NCBI GenBank assembly: GCA_943704425.1
Contig: CALSCP010001961.1
Location: 1-62,506, forward strand
Length of the DNA stretch: 62,506 nucleotides
Direction: 5' to 3'
Origin: Ministeria vibrans ATCC 50519
Lineage: Eukaryota > Protista > Filasterea
A model generated the notes under the pieces. That model made no database searches. It saw only the letters and a program-made list of their open reading frames with translations, and was not told where the DNA came from. A program made the translations under genes and the position numbers. Positions 30,301 to 42,330 of the stretch are shown piece by piece. How positions within the stretch are numbered: the stretch's first letter is position 1; every line of letters begins with the position of its first letter.

Positions 30301-30496
30301 GCGCCTGAGCGCGCCCGCCGACTGCCCCGACGATGCCTTTGCCATCATGCGCAGCTGCTGGCGCGACAAGCCCGCTGACCGTCCCTCTTTTGCCCAGCTT
30401 GCCGATCAGTTACGTCTCCTTGTTGACTCTCGCATTTCCCAGACACTGCGTGACGTTGCTGCCGAGCTGGAGCTCTTGTCTGCGACGGATGTGTGA
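18364..30496 (+). CDS. Giant receptor tyrosine kinase: signal peptide, Reelin-like repeats, ~56 tandem EGF, ZU5-like, 2 EGF, TM, tyrosine kinase
   Basis: Exons 18364-18546, 18624-19208, 19280-19695, 19779-20382 and 20501-30496. The frame break at 25919-25924 is an N gap. TM at ~28742-28810. Kinase motifs [31 protein letters not shown] and SDVWSFG. Confidence 0.9.
25810..26598 (+). repeat. 120-bp near-identical coding tandem repeat (one EGF per unit, ~6.5 copies) with an assembly gap
   Basis: Sequence lines repeat with a period of 120. The unit encodes [40 protein letters not shown]. Confidence 0.95.
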
Positions 30497-30624
30497 GACC
30501 GATTTTCCTGTGTAATCTATTTCTTTTCTTTTTTACTTGGTAGAAACCTGTAACATGTTTATATAGAACGATAATTGTATAAAGTAAACAAACGACAAAC
30601 AATTAGTATGTTAGAGAGACAAAG

Positions 30625-32285
30625 TTACAGGGGAATTTTCATTGGGGCGACGTCAAAGGCGTCAGGACAGGCGTGGGCGACGCGAGCGAGGAGGGCATGT
30701 TTGCGGTCGAGGGCATGACTAGACTCGAGCTCAAAGAGCACTGCTATGTTGCCACAGACGGTGTCAGCGAGCTGCTCGGACGGGAGTGCCTCAAGCGATG
30801 CCAGCGCCGTGTCCATGGCGCCTGCATAGAGCTGACACACGGCGTGATTGTTGATTGATGTGGTGGCGCGGGAAGCATTACAAGTGCTATTCGAGTTGGA
30901 GGATGCAGATGTGTCTGTCGCTGCGTCTGTGGCTGCATCTATTGCAGCGTCTGTCACTGTGTTCGCCAATTGATCAAAGAGTGCGCCGGCAGGACCAAAT
31001 TTGCCCGAGGCCATGGTAGCCAGGGCCTGGTTCATAGACGCGAGTAGACTGGTCGAGTCGGACATATCGTCGAAGTGGCGTTGGGCGCCCGAAAGGTCAC
31101 CGTAGAGCAGACGGACGCGACCAAGGCTGGAGAGGACGTGGTCGCGCTCGCTGGGCACGGTTGGATCGCAGTCCTGGAGTAGACGCTCAAGAACGCCGAG
31201 TGCTAACGCGTAGTCTTGGGCGCCAATGCAGACATTGGCAATGCTGGCAAGAACGGTACGGATGCGACGGCGCCAGAGAACGCGCGCTTCGACAAGGTCT
31301 CGATCGGTGGGGAGAGCAGTCGGGAGGGCTGGGAGATTGGGCAGGTCGGCATGGAGACGCACGCAAACGCCATGGAGCTGATAGAGACGGTCGAGAGCGA
31401 GTTCTATTTTGCCAACGTGATAGGGTACAATGGCACGAAGGAGGCGGACGCCAAAAGGCAGCATGGAGCCGGTGTAGCCTGCGTACGTGTCGGGATAGAA
31501 CTCGTAAAAGAGCTCCGGTGACTCGACATTTCCGAAGCTTTCGAGTTCGGCAAAAAGTGCTTCGAACAGACCCAATGAGTACATTGCCACAAATCGGCAA
31601 TGCCACATCTAGAACCACACGAAAGAAAGAAGGGAGAGAATGAGGCTTGGCGGTCCGGGACGAGTTGGGACACAACACACAAACCTTCATTGTTTTGTGC
31701 GTGTGCATAGGCGTCGTCGTAGGCGTGCTGGGTGAGCCGGACTCCGTTTCGACTTGACCATGGCCATGCGATTGGAGGTAGTGGGCGGTGAGGTCGATGG
31801 CGGCGTTGAAGCAGCGGCTGCGCAGAAGGGTTTGTACGCCATCAAAGCTCATGGGGACATCGTCGACGCCAACGACACTGCGCGCCGCTGCGTGCTGTTC
31901 GCCGAGAGCGCGAGAGACAATCAACCGAACGGGATCACCCTGGCGAGCAAGAGAGGAGGCGGGAAAAGAAGGAGGAGGAGGAGTGAGTGAGTGAGTGAGC
32001 GAGTCCAGTCCAAATTTGTGTACTCTTGGCGCAGTGATGGCGAATCGCGGAATCGCACTGACCAGCTGCGCAAAGCCTTCTCTAGGTCCAGTCGGGCCCC
32101 AAAGAAGGGCACGGGCTTCACGCGGTTGAGCCTGAACAGTCGACGAAGAAATTATTTTTGTGCCGTTTTTTTTTTTTTTTTTTTTTTTTTTGGTGGTTTC
32201 AAACCTTTGCAACGTCGGCAAGGACACTCTCGGTCGCCTTCGACCTAGGCCAAGCGGTCGAGACTGGGTCCCATTCAGTGGACAT
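30625..32285 (-). CDS. TRAPPC12: Trafficking protein particle complex subunit 12 (TPR protein)
   Basis: Exons give AWPRSKAT, GDPVRLIVSRALGE, FNAAIDLT, PELFYEFYPDTYAGYTGSMLPFGVRLLRA, ALDRLYQL, LSSLGRVRLLYGD and INNHAVCQLYAG. Confidence 0.85.
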
Positions 32286-32354
32286 TTATATCAAATTTAT
32301 AAATTTTTTAATTTTTAATGATCAAAGTTGAAAGTTGAAAGTTTCAACTTTTTA

Positions 32355-33562
32355 TTAGACGGCTGAAGGTTTTGAGACGGCCCACTTAAGGCGCAAGAGG
32401 GGATGGGGCACGACGGGTGCGGAGTAGGGGAGAATGTAAGTGGTCATGGGGCCGGCGCCGTTGGGGATGGCACCGTCGGAGCGCATTTCATGGTACTCTG
32501 CAGGGTAGGCATCAACCGTGACGGCCAAAGGACTGATGCGGGTTGCGGTGCGCATCTGCTCTGGGTGCGCTGCAAGCTCTTTGGCAAGATCGCGCGCTGT
32601 CTGGCGCATCGCATAGCGCACTTCTTCGTCCATCTCAAGCGCGCTCAGCGACATCGCATTCGACGGCTCTGTGGTCCACCAGTTGACGAGGAAGGTGACG
32701 CGACGCACTTGGCTCTCGGCATCGGGCTCGTCTCCCTCCGAGAAGTCAGGCAGCACGCCATGATACTGGTCTACGAACACATACATACACGCACATTTCA
32801 AATGGAAGGGAGAGAGACAGTGTGTGAGGAGGAGATTGTGAGCGATGAACAGTGTAGTGTGTACCTCCTTGGAAGAAGACACAGCGGTTCTTGTGGGGAT
32901 AGACGGCGTAGCCTGCCTCTGCCTTTGTGGGTGAAAAGGGAGTCCATATGGGTGTGGTGTGGTTGAAAAAGGACACGCCTGGCTGCTGCTCTAAGATGAT
33001 GGTGGGCCCGCCAATGTCGGTGAGGTAGACGACGCTGCTGATAAAGGGTGTAATAAGTTCGTTGTGGTCGTTGTACAGCTTCTCGTCTCGATCAAAGTGC
33101 AAGTGCATTCCGGCGTCGAGCTTTCGGATTTGAGTCCAGATCTCAGCACCAACCACCTTAACGTCGCCGAAGTGCTTCTTGACCACCTTGTGAAGAAGGG
33201 CCACAGCGAGCTCCTGAACGGTCCGCGGCTTCTGCACTCGAGAGGGTACGCATGGATGGGAGGGCAGCAGACACGTGTGGGGAGTTCATGAGGCGGCGAG
33301 GGGAGTGTAGAGTGCGTGAGCGGAAGTGCGAAGCGTCGATGGATGTTTGTACCGTTCCCAGCGTCACAAAGAGCGTGCCGAATTGCGCTTGAGACAGCAC
33401 ATCCTGCATTGCAAAGACCTCTTTGTACAAGGCATCGGCGACATTCGGCGGCAAAGGGGTGTCGTACGCCCAGGCGGAGTTGCCCGACGTCAAAGGTCTC
33501 TGAAACGCAGTCACACTCACAAGAAGCGCTGCGAGCGCCGCGAGCGCCAGTACAAGTCGCAT
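32355..33562 (-). CDS. Signal-peptide 2OG-Fe(II) oxygenase (prolyl-hydroxylase-like), 3 exons
   Basis: Signal MRLVLALAALAALLVSVTA. MHLHFDRDE (HxD), SSVVYLTDIGGPT, PHKNRCVFFQG-DQYHGV (distal His) and RRVTFLVNWW (2OG-binding Arg). Confidence 0.75.
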
Positions 33563-33712
33563 TGCTACTACTTCCCGACTCACTCCCTGATTTGAAGAAC
33601 AAACAGAAGAAAAACTAAAAAGTAAAAAGTTACGATTGAGCTGATCTATGATTAAGTATTAATTTGTTCATTGTTGTATCACACATCTTCTTGATTCTCT
33701 GACCAAGCACCC

Positions 33713-34629
33713 ATGGACTTCTCATCGACCCTGCCCTACGCGGCTGCCACGGTCGGCATTGGCTTTGGCGCCTACCTGCTCCTCAGCGGCGACAGCGGGC
33801 CCACCGTCCGCCTGCCTGCGCCCATGTCCCTCACGTCCCAGTCGTACATTGTCGAAGGCACCGAAAAGGTCTCCACACCCACGACCAATCCCCACAACTC
33901 ATTCCTTCTTGTTTTTTTTTCTTCTTTTTTTTTCTGCCTCCCTTCCGTTTGTTTAGACGGAGCGCATTCGTCGAAATCACCTCTGCCGCCTGTTCAACAA
34001 CGGAGAGCTCGTGGCGTAAGAACTATGCGGTGCATGAGGGTGTGGTTGTCTGCATGGGCCGTGTGTGGGACTCGGACATGCGAATGGGAGAGAGAAAGAG
34101 AGAGAGAGAAACACACGGATTTTTTTTTTTTCTTTTTTGCGTTTACAACTCCCTTTTCCTCTCTCGTTGTGTAGAACGCAAGATGGCATCGACACGCTGT
34201 ACAAGGTAAAGGCGACAGTGTGTGTGTGAATGTCTCCGATGAATGGAAAGGGTTGCGTTCCGCGAAAGTGGACATTGAAAGTTTTGTGTGTGTGTGTGTG
34301 TGGTGTGTGTGTGTTGTGTCTTTGTTTGTGTTGTTTGGGTGTGCCACATCACATTCTCCCGAAATGCAGGTGTTCCAACATGGTTTGGGGATTTCGCGCA
34401 GTGGTCCTTGTCTGGGCTACCGTCCGTCGGCCACGAGTGACTATTCGTGGATCTCGTACGACGTTGTTGACCGCCGATCGCGCCACCTTGGCTCGGGTAA
34501 GGAGCATCACTTTGAGGGTTCTGTTTTCATTCGTCCTTCTCTATCACTTTGTTTCATTCTTTCTCTCTATCACTTTGTTTCATTCTTTCTCTCTATCACT
34601 TTGTTTCATTCTCTCTCTCTATCACTTTG

Positions 34630-34725
<96 letters not shown>

Positions 34726-35251
34726 GTTTAGGTATGGTTGACATTGGCGTGAAGCGTCTTGACAACGTTGGCATCTTCTGTCAGAACAACCCTGATTGGG
34801 TTGTCACAGAACAGGTTTAAAAGAAAAAAGGGGGAATATTTGTTCACGTAAAATAATAATTGTAATAATACTCTTGTTTTTTATGTAGGCGTGCAACGCA
34901 AACACATTTGTACTTGTGCCACTGTACGACACGCTGGGTGAAGAGGCGGTGCAGTACATTCTGAACCAGACGCGCATTGCCGTGTGTATCGTGGATGAGG
35001 CTAAAGTGACGCCCATTCTGCAGTACGCGAAGCAGATCAAGACACTCAAGACGGTCGTCAAAATTGGTTCTGTGACCGAGGCGGAGATGGCGGCGGCGCG
35101 CAACTCCAAGATCACACTTATCTCCATGGAGGATCTCGAGGCACAAGGTAGTAAGGCGAACCACCCAGCGAACGCACCTGCCTCAGGGGATCTTGCCACC
35201 ATTTGCTACACGGTACTCTCCCTGTCACTGCCTTTTTTTTTCTCATCTCAA

Positions 35252-35291
<40 letters not shown>

Positions 35292-35903
35292 NNNNNNNNN
35301 NTTTTTTTTTTTTTTTTCTCTCTGTTGTAGAGTGGCACAACGGGCCTGCCCAAGGGTGCAATGATTTCGCACGGCAACATGGCGTCGCTGGTGGCAGCGA
35401 CGGCGATGAGCTTCAACGTGGTGGAGGCGTTGCATGCTGACGACGTGCACGTGTCTTACCTGCCCTTGGCGCACATGTTTGAGCGTGTTGTGCAGGCCAT
35501 GATCTTCTATGTGGGCGGCAGCGTCGGCTTCTTCCGTGGCGATGTCAAGACGCTCGTCAACGACATCCAGGCGCTCAAGCCGACCATTTTCCCGAGTGTC
35601 CCGCGCCTGCTCAACCGCATCTATGACAAGGTCATGCTTGGTGTGCAGAACGCGTCGCCTCTCAAGAAGAAGCTTTTTGACGCGGCCGTTGCGTCCAAGA
35701 GCGCCGAGGTTGCCAAGGGCATTGTGCGCAACACTGGCCTGTGGGATCGTATTGTGTTCAAGAAGGTGCGTGAGACACTCGGCGGGCGTGTCCGCTTCTG
35801 TCTCACAGGCGCTGCTCCTATCAGCCCTGAAGTGCTCACGTTTTTGCGTGCCTCTTTTGGTTGTTTCGTCATGGAAGGTATCGACGGATCGACTGAGAGA
35901 GCG

Positions 35904-35942
<39 letters not shown>

Positions 35943-37037
35943 AGAAAAAAAAAACGCGTCTAATGACACTGGTTTGTACTTTTCAGGCTATGGACAAACG
36001 GAGTGTACTGCGGCTGCGACCCTGACTCTTCCCGGCGATGGTGAGCCGGGCCATGTTGGAACACCCATTCCTAACACCGAAATCAAGGTACTTGTGATGC
36101 ACGCATACGTACAGAGTGTACCATCCACTCCCTCTGTTTACATTTATTTATTATTTGTAGCTTGCGGATGTGCCGGACATGAACTACCATGCTAAGAACG
36201 ACGAGGGCGAAGTGTGCTTCCGCGGCCCTGGCGTGTTCATGGGCTACTTTGAGAATGAGGCGAAGACTAAAGAGGTGCGCAGGAGAAAAGAGATGAATAC
36301 GCTGTGAGTGATTGATTATATGTATGTATGTTTGTGGTGTGTGTCTTTGTGCTGTGTTTGTGTGATGTGTTTGTGTGTGCAGGCACTTGACGAGGACGGA
36401 TGGTTGCACTCGGGCGACATTGGCAAGTGGACGAAGAACGGCACGCTGAAGATCATTGACCGCAAGAAGCACATCTTCAAGCTGGCGCAGGGTGAGTACA
36501 TTGCGCCGGAGAAGATTGAGAATGTGTATGGTCGTGCGGGCTGTGTGGCGCAGAGCTTTGTGTACGGCGATAGTCTCGAGGCGAGCTTGGTTGCTATCAT
36601 TGTGCCGGACCCGGAGGCGTTCCCGTCGTGGGCCAAGAGCCATGGTTTCAGTGGTACTCTCAGCGAGCTGTGTGCCAACGCCGACGTCAACAAGGCTGTG
36701 CTCGAGACCATCACGGCCATTGGCAAAGAAGGTTGACTTGACATTGTTTTTGTTTTTTTTGTGACACTTTTTTGTGTAGGAGGACTCAAGAGCTTTGAGC
36801 AAGTGCGGGCGATCACTCTGCACGAGGAAATGTTCTCCGTCGAGAATGGTACACAATTCTTTGTGTTTGTTTTGTGTGTACATTTCCCCCTTGTATATTT
36901 TTATCACTGTTTTTCTCACTTGTTGATTGGTTCTTGTAGGTCTGCTCACCCCCACTTTCAAGTCGAAACGTCCCCAACTCACCAAGGAGTTCAAGCCGCA
37001 GATTGAGCAGATGTATGAGTCGCTCAAGAGCAAATGA
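33713..37037 (+). CDS. ACSL: Long-chain fatty acyl-CoA synthetase (ACSL1/5/6-like), multi-exon
   Basis: VPLYDTLG, ICYT-SGTTGLPKG, SYLPLAHMFER, GYGQTEC, GWLHSGDIG, IIDRKKHIFKLAQGEYIAPEKIE and GLLTPTFK. Confidence 0.93.
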
Positions 37038-37179
37038 GTTGTTTCATTTTTTTTTGTGTGTGTGTGTTTTCATTGCAAATGAGTTTGAAGAAACAACAAC
37101 AATACCAACTAAAGTGATGGAAGGGGGGATATTCCTAACAGAAATGTAGTGTACAAGAAGATAGTAAATCAAGGGGACG

Positions 37180-38781
37180 CTAGAGATCGTTCTTGAGCGC
37201 AGTCATCTTTGTGACTTCGTAGCCAGAGAAGATGAGAGCACTGTACGGGATAGAGACGGCGAGGCGCGGCGAGAGGCCACGCATGAGGCCTGTGAAGCGC
37301 TCGCGCACTGCCGTCTGCAGTAGAAAGCGCAGAAAGCCCTTGCGCAGTTGGGAGGCGTCGTGGATGTTGGCGGCGTCCAACTGCAGGAAAAAAAAAAAAA
37401 AAAAAAATGCACANNNNNNNNNNCTGGCCGAGAGTAACGGCGTCAACGCCAAAACCCAGCGTCTTGTAGCCGCCAAACTTGAAAGATGCACAACAAGAAA
37501 GAATCAACACACCAATGTATCGTCGTGTGTGTGTGTTTTTTTGTGCTTTTTTTTGGCCTGTACCGTTTGAAAACGGACACGAACCACGTCCATTGGGTTC
37601 ATGAGAGTAGTGGAAAAGCCACCGGCAATGGCACCAGCGGCGAGGAAGTTGGGCAAGGGATTGGCGCCGGGTCCTCGCAGTTCGCACAGCCCAGTCTTTG
37701 CTGCATCGTACGAGGCCCACCAGAGTGCAGACAACGGGCCAAAGTAGGCAACGCTTGCACTAAGGCCACGGTAAAAACCACGAAAGCCTTCGACACGGGC
37801 AATGTCGCGAATAACAGCGGACAGGGAGACATTATTTGTGTGACTGGGAGCAATCATTCTTTGCGATATAATCTCAAATGGCACATGCAATAACTGCGAG
37901 GCAGCGTCAGCAGCAACACCCGCCACAATGCACGCCAATGCTCGCTTCTTGTACGTGTCATGTCCCCACATGTCGGTGAGACGCTCGTGAAACAACTCGA
38001 ATGATGTGAAGAACATTGTCTGGCCAGGTATCTGGCCAATCGTTGATGGCCACAGGCCACGATACAAACCACGTATGCCTTCCTACACACAAGTTTCAAA
38101 ATAAATAAGTGTGGGTGAGACAGTGTGAACGTGAGAAGTAGGACGTGATCAGCATTCGAATGAGAGAAGCAACATCATTTATACGACAAAGAATGATTTG
38201 ATCAGACAATACCACGAAATATCACGTAATGTAAACTATACAATTATAAGAATAAGCGAAGTGAAAAGATTACATATATAATCATAATAATAGGAATACA
38301 TGAAGGTATTATTATTTTTATATCTTTATTATTATAATAATTATAATAATAATTATTATTATTATTATTATTATTATTAATTTATCTCTCACTCACTCTC
38401 TCACTCTCTCTTTCTCATTCTCTTCGTGTCTTTCGCCCTCCTCACACACACACACACTATCGCTTTATCTGCCTATGCACGTGTCTCTCCATCTCCACCT
38501 CTCGCTCTCTCGGGCCCACGCAAGCCGTGTCATCCCTGCGCCACGCGAGCGAGAGTGATCATCCTTACCGTTTTGACGATGCGTCGAGCTTCGCGAAAGA
38601 TGCGCAGTTTCTGCTCGCCTGTGTTCAAATCATACTGCTGGCGAATCTTCAGCACCTCAAACGGGTGTGTGAGCAAGTCGAGTGCGAAGAAAAAGGCGGT
38701 CGAATTTGTCAGATATCCAATGAGCTCCATGTCACGCAACGCAATGTTGTGTGGCGGTCTGCCGGGTGAATTCGACTCCAT
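37180..38781 (-). CDS. Mitochondrial carrier protein (SLC25A44-like)
   Basis: Three carrier signatures PFEVLKIRQQ, PFEIISQRM and PMDVVRVRFQ, plus EGFRGFYRG. Confidence 0.85.
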
Positions 38782-38955
38782 AGCTGCACCGCGTGCCTCG
38801 ACTAACCGTGAATAACGTCAATAATACTAATAATAATAATAATAATTCACAAGAGTGATGACCGATCAGTCGATCACTGATCAGTGATCCCCGAGACAGA
38901 CAGCCGAGTTCACTTTTTTTTTTTGTTATACTACTGAAGAATACCCATCCCCGTG

Positions 38956-41900
38956 ATGTCTTACGAACGCGGTAAGTGAGACACGCACCGTTGAGTGTGT
39001 TTGTCTGATGTGTGTGTCTGCTCCAGAAAACGTTTACGCCGCTCTTCCATCCACCACGCGCGGACAGCCCCTTCACCTTGGAGGCGATCCCAAGGGAAAG
39101 AACTTCCTCTACGCCAACGGCAACTGCGTCTTCATTCGAAACATTGAGGTAAAAAAGAGAAAGTGAGAGGAAAAAAAAAAAAAAAAACCACGACCGCTTG
39201 TGCGTCCTGTTCACCACGCGCGCATTGGACGAGGGTGTCTGTACGGCCGTGTTGCGTGATTTTTTTGCGCAAGCAAGTGGATTTTGCGTCGGGCGGCGGA
39301 TTGAGGAGACACCGTCGCAAATGGGACGCACTTGGTCTGCTCTCTGTGTGTGCTGACTGATGGGCTGTGTGTGTGTGTGTGTGTGTCTGTGTGTGTGTGC
39401 TCGAGACGCAGGACGGACGCGCCTGCGCCCTCGCTGTCGCTCTCCCCTGTGCCGTGGCAGGCTTTGTGATGCTGCCTGCCCCCTGTGTTTATCAGAAGCA
39501 TCTTGTTCGCTTTCGATATCTCATTTGTTTGCCAACACTTACCTTTTTTTTTTTTTTTCGTTCCTTGCCTTTTCTTCGCTCGTCTTTTTCTCCCTTCAGA
39601 ACCCTCTCATTTGTGACATGTACACCGAGCACTCGCTGCCAGTGACCGTTGCGCGCTACTCACCCAGCGGATTCTACATTGCATCGGCCGGTACGACACA
39701 CAAGGCTCCTCAACGAGCGGACGCTAAGCTAAACCCTCCTTGTCTCCTACCACAGATGTTGGTGGACACGTTCGCATTTGGGACACGGTGAACCCAGAGC
39801 ATTTGACCAAATGGGAGTACCGACCTATTGCCGGTATTATTACGGACCTGGCATGGACCGAAGACAGCAAACGCCTCATTGTGTCGGGCAAGGGCAACGA
39901 AACGTACAGCACGTCGAGTCTGAGACTGACCACACACGCACTCACCCACACTTTTGTTGCTTTCTCAGGTTTGGAGCAGCCTTCCTGGTGGACTCTGGCT
40001 CGTCGGTTGGTACCATTACAGGCCACGAGAAGCCTACGTTGTCGTGCGACATGCGCCAGCAGCGACCATACCGTGCGGCGACGTGCGGCGAGGACTTTTG
40101 TATGTGCTTCTTTGCTGGCCCTCCATTCAAACTCAACAAGACCCAAAAGACCCACACGCGTTTCTGCAACTGCGTTCGCTACTCGCCCAACGGTGACTTT
40201 GTAAGGAGACAGAAGAAAAAAGAAACAAATTTGTTGGTACTCAAAAAACGATGATTGTCTTATCTCGTCTTGTGTGCAGTTGGTCACTGTGGGATCGGAC
40301 TGCAAGGGCTACCTGTTTGACGGCAAGACAGGCGAGGAGTTGGGCGTGTTTGAAGGAGGTGAGGGCCACGAGACGGGTCACACAGGCGGCATTCTGTCAG
40401 TGTCGTGGAGCCCCGACTCAACCAAGATTCTCACCGCGGCCATGGACAAGACAGCCCGCATCTGGGACGTCGAGACCAAACAGGTTTGTTTTGCAGTTGA
40501 TATACGCATACACATAGAGACCTTGTCTCTACCACTTTGTTTCTTTCTTGTCCCCTCTCTTGATCACTTTGTTTCTTTCTCGTCCCCTCTCTTGATCACT
40601 TTGTTTCTTTCTCCCTCCTCCTCTCTCACTCGCTAACATGTACGATGCACGCGCGCACCCTACAGGTTCTTCATACGTTTACGTTTGGAGATGCACTCGA
40701 GGACCAGCAGGTGGGGTCGTTGTGGCAGGGTGAGCACCTGCTGACCGTGTCGCTGTCGGGACACATCAACTACCTTGACATCAACAACCCCTCAACACCC
40801 CTGCGCATCCTGCTTGGCAACCAGAAGACCATTACGTCGCTGGCGCTCACAGGCAACGCCATGTTCACCGGCTCGGCCGATTCACGTCTTACCCGTTACG
40901 AGCGCGACTCGGGCGCCGCACAGCTGTACGTCGGTGCCGGTGCACACACTAACGAGATTCTCTCCCTCGCTGCCTCCATTGATGGCTCGCAGATCATTTC
41001 AGCTGGCAAGGACGACTCTGTGCGCTCCCACCCGAGCACAGACACTTCCTTTGGGTACTTTCGTACTAAAAAGAGTAAACTGAAACGATTAATTATGTGT
41101 GTTTGCTTTTAGAACGGAATGTGTGTCGACCAAGGGTGCAGCAAACTGTGTTGCAGTGCACGGTGATGACACCGTCGTCGCTGCTTGCTACAGCGAACTC
41201 ATTGTGCTCAACGCCAACAAGAAGGTCCTACCATTTGTTCTAGCTTCATCACTCTGTCTCTCCATCACTTTGTTTCTTTCTCCCTCCTCTCTCTCTCTAT
41301 CACTTTGTTTCTTTCCTCTCTCTCTATCACTTTGTTTCTTTCTCCTCTCTCTCTCTCTATCACTTTGTTTCTTTCTCCTCTCTCTCTCTATCACTTTGTT
41401 TCTTTCTCCTCTCTCTCTCGCTCTCTGATTCGTGTTTCTTTTCCTCTTAGGTGTTCTCGATGGATATTGCATACATTGCCAGTGGCTGTGCCGTGCACCC
41501 CAATGGCACTGAAGTCTCTGTTGTTGGCAACGACAAGAAGCTCCACGTGTACGCCTTCACCGGCTCTGCCATTGGCGACGAACGCGCCACAGTTGATCTC
41601 AACGTATCACAAAAGTGTCAACAAAACGGCCTTTTCATTTTGTGCATGATTTTAGGGATTGGGAGTGTGTGTGGCATACTCGCCGGACGGTTCGAAGATT
41701 GCCACGGGTGATAGTGGACGTTATGTGCTGGTGACCGACTCAGCCTCACTCGAGGTACAACACTATGCCACGATTGAGCACTACTACTCGATCAAACACC
41801 ACACACATACACACCATAATAATTATCCTCTTTATCACTTTGTTTCTTTCTCCCTCCTCTCTCTCTCACTCACTTACTCTATTTAGGTTATTGAGCGCGG

Positions 41901-42224
41901 TTGGTGCTTCCACGCGAGCCGAGTGGACACGGTTGCCTTTTCGCCCGATGGAAAGCATATTGCCAGTGGCGCACTCGACACTAACATTTTTGTGTGGGAC
42001 CTCGAGAAGAGGACAAAGCGCATTCCCATCAAACGTAAAAAAAAAAATGAAAAAAAAATGAAAAATAAAATAAAAATAATAATAATAACATCGTCCCCTC
42101 CTCCTCTCGTTTAGGCGCCCATGCTCCCGGTGGTGTCACTCGCGTCGTGTGGGCCGACGACAACACTATTGTGTCGGCCGGTGTTGACTGCACTGTCAAG
42201 TCGTGGAAGATCACCTTCCACTAA
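38956..42224 (+). CDS. WDR1: WD repeat protein 1 / actin-interacting protein 1
   Basis: [79 protein letters not shown] and [11 protein letters not shown]. Confidence 0.93.
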
Positions 42225-42330
42225 ATAGGACTCTTTCGTCCATGGTGTGTCTTGTTCCTTCTTCGTTCCAGTCGCGTGCGTTGGAATACAAAAATACAAA
42301 ATAATACTACATTAATCTGATTGTGTCATC

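Noticed and set aside
18364-30496. Calling the gene Notch, Delta or Reelin
   Set aside because: No LNR, ankyrin, DSL or reeler domain is seen, and the intracellular part is a tyrosine kinase.
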